The notes beneath the pieces were generated by a model. That model saw only the letters and a program-made list of their open reading frames with translations, had not been told where the DNA came from and searched no databases. Shown here piece after piece: positions 14,177-20,000 of a stretch of 20,000 nucleotides of DNA. Both the position numbers and the translations under genes were made by a program. The stretch's first letter is position 1. Each line of letters begins with the position of its first letter. The DNA comes from an uncultured virus (IMG/VR IMGVR_UViG_3300042383_001692) (lineage: Duplodnaviria; Heunggongvirae; Uroviricota; Caudoviricetes): the IMG/VR virus record IMGVR_UViG_3300042383_001692; one strand, 5' to 3'.

Positions 14177-14249
14177 CTCATACGCGCGTCAGCGCGCAGA
14201 AGAGAAAGACGGGATTCCCCGTTCTTCTCCTCATACGCGCGTCAGCGCG
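14177..14249 (-). promoter_or_regulatory. two TGAC-loop hairpin motifs (14177-14196, 14230-14249)
   Basis: Both read CGCGC-TGAC-GCGCG-TATGAG. They are the first copies downstream of the polymerase gene. Confidence 0.75.
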
Positions 14250-14395
14250 CATAGGGAGACACTCAGTTGCGGCTACCCTTCCGAGTCGTCGCGCTGCTGG
14301 GCATCCAGCCGCGCCGGTCCGGACATCCGAAGGCGGACGCCCGAGTAAATCGTTTGCCCGTACGGATGCGCCTGAGCAAGGGCAGGCATTCGTAG

Positions 14396-14430
14396 AAAAA
14401 TAAAAAAGAGGGCGGTCATAGACCACCCTC
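14396..14430 (-). terminator. intrinsic terminator of the WYL-polymerase operon
   Basis: GAGGGTGGTC-TAT-GACCGCCCTC-TTTTTTATTTTT. Confidence 0.8.
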
Positions 14431-14475
14431 CACTGGAGCAGGAGATGATTCCAGTCACCTCCTGCCCGCTACACA

Positions 14476-17277
14476 CTACATCACGTCCGTTTCGATCACG
14501 CCGTCATCGGCGCTGGCGTAGTCGAAACCGCCGTCATCCGCCCACTCCGGCTCCGGAGTGTCTCCGTCCAGCGAAATCTCGAAGAACTCGGCCATCACTC
14601 TCCCCGTAAAGGTGATTTCCACGCTCTTCATCCCGGGAACGGTAGCGAGTTTGACGTGGTACATTCCCGTCGGAACAACCGCGCCAACCATGCCATGCGT
14701 CTGTCCGTCGCCCACGCGAACAGACAGCGGATACTTTGGCGTTTTTGCGCTTGTATCAACGACTTCGACAACCGTATACACGGTGTCGCTGTCCATATAC
14801 TTAGCGCGGAATTCCATGCCGCCCATGATCTTGCCGATCATGCCGGCCCCCACTGCGCGTCTCTCGGCAATGCTGTCCTTTCGGGCAATCAGCATCCGCG
14901 CGACTACTTCCGGAAGTGCAAACTTCATTGCAAATCCGGCGTTGTCGCCGCGAGAGAACGCAGCCCACAGCGCGCTGGCGGCAGATTCCAGCCACGCCGT
15001 GTTCTCGTTCTCCTTGCCAAGATTCATCTCGACCGCCTTGTCGCGCCAAACCTTTCGATAGCCTTCGAAAAGCTCAGCGCGCAGCATGTCGGCCATTTCC
15101 AACGCGATCTTCTTTGCCTTAAGATCGTTGGCAATGTCGCCCATGCGCTTATACAAGCGGTCGACCGCCCAGTTTGCCCACTTAAAGCCCTCTCCCGGGA
15201 TCTCCTCAATCCACCCGGCAAAGAACTTGTTGTCCAGCGTGGACAACTGGATGAGTGGCACCTCATCCTCGTGGGCGCGGATAAACGCCGCCAGCGGCAT
15301 CAGCTCCTCGTCAGGAGCGTCCACCTGACTGAAGAACCTGCTGGGCAGGATCGGCTGTCCTGGCTCCACCACCGGCCGGCCGTTAGCGTCTCCAAAGAAG
15401 CGCGCGGTCTCCACCGCTGCGTCCTCCGCCGTGCCCGCAAAGAGGGTGAACGGCTTAATGTTCTTCCTCTTCTGGAGCTGGCGGTAAGCGTGCATGGAAA
15501 GAGTAATGCCATACTCCTCCTGCGCCTCCTTGGAGAGTTTGCGGACAAGCTTCATGTCCGCAGTGGCAGCCTTCTTGACGCTGTCCACCGCCTTCTGAAG
15601 CTCGACCCGCAACGCGTCGATTCTTTCGGTCGCCAAAGCCTTGGCGTGCGCCACCATGCGCTCTATGACGACCCATTTCTGATTGACGTAGTCAATCAGG
15701 CCGATGCCGGCGGCCATTGACTGCGCAATCATCTTGCTACGATTGGTCGGCGGAACCGCCTTCTGCCGCAGCTTCTCTTCGCTAATCGGCAGTCCCTCGA
15801 CCGTCTTACGCATCTCGACCACGACCTCGTCAGGTCGCAGGATGGCAAAGGCGTCGCCATCGAAATCGAGAGCCGCACGATTCATCGTGCGTTCGTTGAC
15901 CCACGCCTCGTACCACCGCACACGTGGGTCAGCGTGTACGATGACTGCGACCATTTCATTCCGGTGGGCAAACGGGTACCGGATGGCCACAGTCTTAACG
16001 CCGTCTCGGCCTGTCTTTCCAAACAGGTGCTGGAACACCTTTGGATTGACAGCGACGACGTTGTCGCCCAAGCTTCTGTTGCAGACCGCGCGGAATCTCC
16101 ACGCGTAGATTCCCAGACCTGCCAGGATCTGGTAACCCACAGTGGCGACCCACTCGGTCAGCGCGGCAACCATCATTTTGCTGCGCATCAGCCGCGTGTC
16201 GCCGATAGCGACGCACACAGCTGCAAACAGCCTGATGATGTCGAACTGCTGGAGGTTTCCCTCCTCGTCTCGCAGCGACGTGCCCCGGCCGGCCAGCCAG
16301 CGCACGTCGCTGAGACGCTCTCGCAGTTCGCCCAGCTTTGCCGATACGAGGTCGTGCGCCTTGTTCACGACTTCGCTCGACATCCACTGGGTCACCTGTG
16401 GACCGATCAGCATGGGGCCGGCCAGGTCCTCGTCACCATTGACGATGCCGAACCCCATCATCACCTCGTGCACGCCGTCCGGAAGCACAATGCCCTTGTT
16501 GTGCTTGAGCGTGCCCCTGGGCATTACCAGGTCCACCCCGTCCGGCAGCCGAGCCGGAATCAGGGTGCCTTTGCCCAGGATCCACTTGGACGAGTCCTCA
16601 TTGTCCAAGTGGAGGATCGCGCGGAACTGCGGGTCGTTCTCAAACACGACCTTGTGCTGCGCAGCCCACGCGCGATCAATCAACCCCTGGCCGTCGCCGA
16701 TGCGGGTAAAGCCAGGATCGTCATCCTTGCATACCAGCACCCGGGCGGTCACGTGAAAGTAACCACCCCGCAGGGGCGTATGCAGCGCTCCAGGGCGCAC
16801 GGCGTCTCCCGCGTCCGGGAACATCGCCTCCATGCGCTTGGCCCAGTAAAAGTCCACCACCGGGAGCACTGCATTATTTGACTTGGCGGCCTGCGTCATG
16901 TACCGCAGCCAGCCGCATTTGCGCTCATCCGAGGGGCGGACCGGCCAGTCCACCTCAGGGATGTCGATGCCCCTGTCCTGAATGATGTCGAGGGCGAGAG
17001 TGGAGATCTCTTCCTCATCGGCATCAATGAGACTTGGGGCCAACTGTACGCCCGCGATGAGAGCGCCTTCCTCGCGGGCAATGCATGAAGCGTAGTCCCG
17101 GCGCACCCACCGGTATCCGCTTGGCTTGAGCGGACCCGGCTTGGCGTTGGACAAGCCCATGCGCTTGAGAACTGGCCAGTTGGTCACCAGCTCTCCGTTG
17201 CGTCCCTTCATCACCGGGACGACCACGAATACGTCGTGGATCGTCAAGGTGACGATAGGGACTTCGAACATCTTCAT
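14476..17277 (-). CDS. single-subunit two-barrel (DPBB) RNA polymerase, YonO / cellular RdRP-like (~933 aa)
   Basis: Ordered motifs GDGQGLI, PQFR...GKG, MPRGTLK, IRYP, catalytic DFDGD (15853-15867), IGLI and QKAVDSVKK match the conserved blocks of QDE-1-type RdRPs and phage YonO. GGAGG upstream of ATG 17277. Confidence 0.88.
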   Translation of the reverse strand: MKMFEVPIVTLTIHDVFVVVPVMKGRNGELVTNWPVLKRMGLSNAKPGPLKPSGYRWVRRDYASCIAREEGALIAGVQLAPSLIDADEEEISTLALDIIQDRGIDIPEVDWPVRPSDERKCGWLRYMTQAAKSNNAVLPVVDFYWAKRMEAMFPDAGDAVRPGALHTPLRGGYFHVTARVLVCKDDDPGFTRIGDGQGLIDRAWAAQHKVVFENDPQFRAILHLDNEDSSKWILGKGTLIPARLPDGVDLVMPRGTLKHNKGIVLPDGVHEVMMGFGIVNGDEDLAGPMLIGPQVTQWMSSEVVNKAHDLVSAKLGELRERLSDVRWLAGRGTSLRDEEGNLQQFDIIRLFAAVCVAIGDTRLMRSKMMVAALTEWVATVGYQILAGLGIYAWRFRAVCNRSLGDNVVAVNPKVFQHLFGKTGRDGVKTVAIRYPFAHRNEMVAVIVHADPRVRWYEAWVNERTMNRAALDFDGDAFAILRPDEVVVEMRKTVEGLPISEEKLRQKAVPPTNRSKMIAQSMAAGIGLIDYVNQKWVVIERMVAHAKALATERIDALRVELQKAVDSVKKAATADMKLVRKLSKEAQEEYGITLSMHAYRQLQKRKNIKPFTLFAGTAEDAAVETARFFGDANGRPVVEPGQPILPSRFFSQVDAPDEELMPLAAFIRAHEDEVPLIQLSTLDNKFFAGWIEEIPGEGFKWANWAVDRLYKRMGDIANDLKAKKIALEMADMLRAELFEGYRKVWRDKAVEMNLGKENENTAWLESAASALWAAFSRGDNAGFAMKFALPEVVARMLIARKDSIAERRAVGAGMIGKIMGGMEFRAKYMDSDTVYTVVEVVDTSAKTPKYPLSVRVGDGQTHGMVGAVVPTGMYHVKLATVPGMKSVEITFTGRVMAEFFEISLDGDTPEPEWADDGGFDYASADDGVIETDVM

Positions 17278-17293
17278 TTGCCTGCCGGACCTC

Positions 17294-17800
17294 CTAAGCC
17301 GGCTTCCATTGAAGAATTCGCGCCACCACGAACGTGCGATCTTCATTGCGCAGGTGGCAGCGCGCAATGAGACCGAGTTCAGACCAGGACAGAGGGGTGA
17401 CGACCCGCTCTGTCACCTCGCCTCGAATCCGCCCGTCATAGCGGATCCAGAGCTTGGCTCCGGTCTTCATGGCCTCGCTCGCGGCCATGGTGAACTCAAC
17501 GTTGTCCGTGTGGACCACCTGCGAGCGCAGGTTGGCGGGGCAGTCCGGTCCGTACACCGGCACGCCCTGCGCGGCCATCCAGGCTGCGACCTTGGCCGGG
17601 TTGGCAGCCCGGTCATAGTCGCGGCGTGAATCGCCACGCATCCACACGCGGGTGCCGTTCGTCGGGAACTCCACGGCCAGCACCCCGAGCGCCGTGAGCT
17701 CCTGCCACGTCTTCAACCGACTAGACGCGTCGGTTGGGCTGAACAGTGGCTCGTTCAGCCGAAGAATTGCCCGCAGTTTTGACGGCAAAACAACCGTCAT
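17294..17800 (-). CDS. WYL-domain protein (168 aa)
   Basis: C-terminal AMKTGAKLWIRY...ERVVTP...LIARCHLRNEDRTFVVARI is a WYL domain. AAGGAGG SD before ATG 17800. Confidence 0.85.
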   Translation of the reverse strand: MTVVLPSKLRAILRLNEPLFSPTDASSRLKTWQELTALGVLAVEFPTNGTRVWMRGDSRRDYDRAANPAKVAAWMAAQGVPVYGPDCPANLRSQVVHTDNVEFTMAASEAMKTGAKLWIRYDGRIRGEVTERVVTPLSWSELGLIARCHLRNEDRTFVVARILQWKPA

Positions 17801-18020
17801 AGGGCACCTCCTTTCAACTACGGTTTTCGTGAGTCGCAGGTTCCGCTCCTGCCTAGCCGCCATTGCGGCACCGTTCGTTCGCCAGAACGGGCTTACATCT
17901 ATGCCGTCCTGGGTTGTTTCGAAACCCGAAGCTCCGCCAAAACTTTGCCGAAGAAAACGCAAAGAGGGGAGAGGGGAATGCCCCGCGCAGGCTCGTCAGC
18001 CTTGCAGGACACATGGCATG

Positions 18021-18076
18021 AAAAATAAAAAAAAGGGAAAATAAAAAAGCAGGGTCAGCCGTAAAGCCGCCCTGCT
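18021..18076 (-). terminator. terminator hairpin with a doubled TTTTATTTT tract
   Basis: AGCAGGGCGGC-TTTACG-GCTGACCCTGCT-TTTTTATTTTCCCTTTTTTTTATTTTT. Confidence 0.8.
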
Positions 18077-18085
18077 TAATTCGTC

Positions 18086-18120
18086 GGGGTTTTGTTGACG
18101 CAGGTGATCCCCTTCCTGCA
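18086..18120 (-). ncRNA. H-type pseudoknot motif after a stop codon
   Basis: UGCAGG-AA-GGGG-AUCA-CCUGCG-UCAACAAAA-CCCC. Confidence 0.7.
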
Positions 18121-18125
18121 ACTGG

Positions 18126-18491
18126 CTAGTTCAAACGAGCGGCGAACCGCTTTTCGAACTGACTTGCCACCCAGTTACCTTCCGAGAAAGAGGGCCTTCC
18201 CTCCGGAAGGCGGTTTTGGACTATCAGGTGGTGAAACTCTTCACCACCATTGAACGCTTCAATTCCTTCCCACGCCTGCCTGTAAAGAAACAGGTCTTGA
18301 ACCTGCCCCCAGGCTGGGCGGAGCATCGGCACCGAATCCGTGACCACTACCAGGAAGTGGCCTTCTACTATCGACAAAGCGGTCAGTTCTACGAGCTTTT
18401 CGGCCAGGGCGATGTTGTCGCCGCTGGCCTCCAGAATGCGCTGCTCTCCGGTGTTTCTGTTCCGGAACAGCGCAAAGGTTGTTGTGGGCAT
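18126..18491 (-). CDS. hypothetical cassette protein (121 aa)
   Basis: AAAGGAGG SD; ATG 18491 (MPTTTFALF). Confidence 0.8.
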   Translation of the reverse strand: MPTTTFALFRNRNTGEQRILEASGDNIALAEKLVELTALSIVEGHFLVVVTDSVPMLRPAWGQVQDLFLYRQAWEGIEAFNGGEEFHHLIVQNRLPEGRPSFSEGNWVASQFEKRFAARLN

Positions 18492-18503
18492 TTGCCCTCC
18501 TTT

Positions 18504-18565
18504 GCTCCTGTGAGCATAATTGCTTGGCGCTGTATCCGTAAACACGGAGCTCAGCCAACTCAATC
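18504..18565 (-). repeat. conserved leader hairpin, copy A
   Basis: 31-nt core 18526-18556 is identical to 18927-18957, and the flanking stems covary. Confidence 0.8.
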
Positions 18566-18568
18566 ACT

Positions 18569-18623
18569 AAAATAAAAAGAAAGAGAAAATAAAAAAGCAG
18601 GGTCGACCGCGAGGCCGCCCTGC
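18569..18623 (-). terminator. terminator hairpin with a doubled TTTTATTTT tract
   Basis: GCAGGGCGGCC-TCGC-GGTCGACCCTGC-TTTTTTATTTTCTCTTTCTTTTTATTTT. Confidence 0.8.
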
Positions 18624-18632
18624 CTGATCGTC

Positions 18633-18667
18633 GGGGTTTTGATATCGCAGGTGATCCCCTTCCTGCG
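18633..18667 (-). ncRNA. H-type pseudoknot motif after a stop codon
   Basis: CGCAGG-AA-GGGG-AUCA-CCUGCG-AUAUCAAAA-CCCC. Confidence 0.7.
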
Positions 18668-18673
18668 CGCCGG

Positions 18674-18895
18674 CTACTCTCCGTAAAGGTACCAGCGCAG
18701 GTTTGAGGCCTGCTTGGAAATCTTTACAAATTGTTCTTGGAGAGAAGCCAGCTGCGGGGCCAGCCCTTCCCCGTCTTGCACTTCCAAAGCGGATGCGACC
18801 GCCACCCACTTCGCTTCCTCGATGGAGGTGAAGATCTCTGCCATCTCCACCTCCAGCGCCATAAGTTTGAACGACAGACTCTCGTGGTCCATCAT
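18674..18895 (-). CDS. small acidic helical cassette protein (73 aa)
   Basis: AAAGGAGG SD with ATG. Confidence 0.8.
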   Translation of the reverse strand: MMDHESLSFKLMALEVEMAEIFTSIEEAKWVAVASALEVQDGEGLAPQLASLQEQFVKISKQASNLRWYLYGE

Positions 18896-18904
18896 TCCTC
18901 CTTT

Positions 18905-18966
18905 GCCCCTGTGGGCCTAACTGCCCGGCGCTGTATCCGTAAACACGGAGCTCAGCCGGCTCAGTC
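18905..18966 (-). repeat. conserved leader hairpin, copy B
   Basis: GACTG-AG-CCGG-CTG-AGC-TCCGT GTTT ACGGA-TA-CAG-CG-CCGG-G-CAGTT, then GCCC-ACAG-GGGC next to the SD. Confidence 0.8.
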
Positions 18967-18969
18967 ACC

Positions 18970-19026
18970 AAAAAAATAAAAAGGAGAAAAATAAAAAGGG
19001 AAACGCCGCCGCAAGCGCTCCCCTTT
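18970..19026 (-). terminator. terminator-like hairpin with a doubled TTTTATTTT tract
   Basis: AAAGGGGAGCG...CGTTTCCCTTT followed by two T-tracts, each interrupted by a single A. Confidence 0.65.
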
Positions 19027-19037
19027 GCCGTGATTGA

Positions 19038-19070
19038 CGGGGTTTTGGTCACGCAGACCCCGGAACTGCG
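19038..19070 (-). ncRNA. H-type pseudoknot motif after a stop codon
   Basis: CGCAG-UUC-CGGGGU-CUGCG-UGACCAAA-ACCCCG. Confidence 0.7.
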
Positions 19071-19079
19071 GACGGAGAC

Positions 19080-19661
19080 CTAGTCGTCAGCGTAGTCTCC
19101 GTCGTAATCTTTGCCGTTCCACCGGAAATGTTGCCAGCCTTCCGGCCGGCTGGCAATTTCCCTGTTTCGTGCCTCTTGCCAGGCTTTCTGCCTGGCCTCC
19201 TCTGTCATCTTGGCAGCGGCTTCCGCCGCCGCCTTCGCCCTGACCTTGGCGTCGTGAAGGACCTCCATGGCCCTCCACTCCGCCAGGAGAGATTCGTAAT
19301 CTGTCTGTCGGCGCTTGGCCGACTCCAGATTACGCTCCGCCTCGCGGTATCCAGTCTCCCAACGGAGACCGGAGTTCTTGTCGAGGAGGCGCCGCCAGAC
19401 GGCGTTCGCCTCCTGGCGAAGCTCGCGCGCGCGGTCGCGCGAGCCCTGGCCGCGCTGGATGCGCGCCCTCTCGCGCGCTTCCAGCTCCTCGAGGCGCAGG
19501 GCCTCCTCCCGGATGGCCGCCTCCTTGGCGGCCCAGGGAGCCCAGGCCTCCTCGGCCTGGAGGAGGATGCGGCGCAGGGCCGCGATTTCTTCCATCACGG
19601 AGTTCTCCGTGACGGGAAACGAAACCGGCGTGAAGTCGCTCTGTTTGTAATCGATGGCCAT
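19080..19661 (-). CDS. coiled-coil cassette protein (193 aa)
   Basis: AAGGAGG SD; ATG 19661 (MAIDYKQSDF); A/E/R-rich heptad-like sequence. Confidence 0.8.
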   Translation of the reverse strand: MAIDYKQSDFTPVSFPVTENSVMEEIAALRRILLQAEEAWAPWAAKEAAIREEALRLEELEARERARIQRGQGSRDRARELRQEANAVWRRLLDKNSGLRWETGYREAERNLESAKRRQTDYESLLAEWRAMEVLHDAKVRAKAAAEAAAKMTEEARQKAWQEARNREIASRPEGWQHFRWNGKDYDGDYADD

Positions 19662-19806
19662 GACGGCCTCCTTTTGCCACACAACGCTCCACAACACTCT
19701 TCTTACCACTGCGTCAACCTGGTCTGCCTCTGAGACGAGGTCTTATCGAGAATGGTTGACCGGCAGTGGCAAAGCCTGTATTGCTTCTGCGCTGTGCGGC
19801 AGCAAT

Positions 19807-19851
19807 GACTCTGGCACTGTATCCGCACAACACGGAATCAGCCACTCAGTC
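19807..19851 (-). repeat. conserved leader hairpin, copy C (diverged)
   Basis: GACT-GAG-TGG-CTG-AT-TCCGTG TTG TGCGGA-TA-CAG-TG-CCA-G-AGTC. Confidence 0.7.
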
Positions 19852-19855
19852 GCTC

Positions 19856-19914
19856 AATAAAAAAATAAAAAGGAGGAAAATAAAAACGGGACACGGCGTC
19901 AAATGCCGTGTCCC
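19856..19914 (-). terminator. terminator hairpin with a doubled TTTTATTTT tract
   Basis: GGGACACGGCA-TTTG-ACGCCGTGTCCC-GTTTTTATTTT, then a second T-tract interrupted by A. Confidence 0.75.
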
Positions 19915-20000
19915 TGTGAACTATTGTAGGTTTTGGTATCGCGGGTTTGCCCTTATCCCGCGGAAAGCTTCTCCTTTACCTGCTTTCGAGGTGTGCATGC

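Noticed and set aside
13552..14181. N-terminal extensions in the ORF track starting at the ATG of the hairpin motif (also 13380) or far upstream (17367, 17962, 12103, 1472)
   Set aside because: They cross terminators, ribozymes or upstream genes; better-placed downstream ATGs exist, most with clear SD sequences.
12946..14249. CRISPR array formed by the repeated CTCATACG...GTCAG sequences
   Set aside because: Repeats are only ~19-20 nt, vary by compensatory stem changes, are irregularly spaced (53 to over 700 nt) and are dispersed between genes; no cas genes in the window.
14656..16881. Long plus-strand ORFs (354 aa, 315 aa, 204 aa)
   Set aside because: Antisense shadows of the GC-rich polymerase gene.
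18567..18676. Pseudoknot-stimulated UAG read-through or TAG recoding
   Set aside because: The sequence after these TAGs runs into terminators and T-tracts and gives non-protein-like extensions; no suppressor tRNA in the window.
18021..19962. Integron attC cassette array
   Set aside because: No RYYYAAC...GTTRRRY boxes and no integrase. Each unit has its own SD and terminator, and G-U-biased pairing points to RNA structure.

Overview
Phage-like (large temperate or lytic bacteriophage) DNA, with almost all genes on the minus strand. Read in transcription order (right to left). (1) 20000-18000: modular single-gene cassettes, each built as a conserved leader hairpin, SD, ORF, TAG, H-type pseudoknot, then a terminator with a doubled TTTTATTTT tract. 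(2) 17800-14476: a WYL-domain gene followed by a ~933-aa single-subunit two-barrel polymerase (YonO / eukaryotic RNAi-RdRP-like, RYP...DFDGD). (3) 14250-9800: a region of small genes, including a probable AcrIII-1/DUF1874 ring nuclease and an orphan HicB. It is punctuated by five type II hammerhead ribozymes, ten of the 11 copies of a covarying hairpin motif (GNNC-TGAC-GNNC-GYATGAG; the 11th is at 7127), a ~350-nt highly structured non-coding RNA bracketed by two hammerheads, and a minimal tRNA-like element. (4) 9800-180: ordinary phage accessory and metabolic genes (SLOG/DUF2493, 3D domain, MoxR AAA + VWA, SSB, SAM methyltransferase, dATP/dGTP diphosphohydrolase, AraC HTH, ThyX), tRNA-Arg(UCU) and two more tRNA-like elements. 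The most novel aspect is the dense RNA-level architecture next to a phage-encoded RdRP-like polymerase. All calls come from reading motifs by eye; no database searches or folding programs were run.
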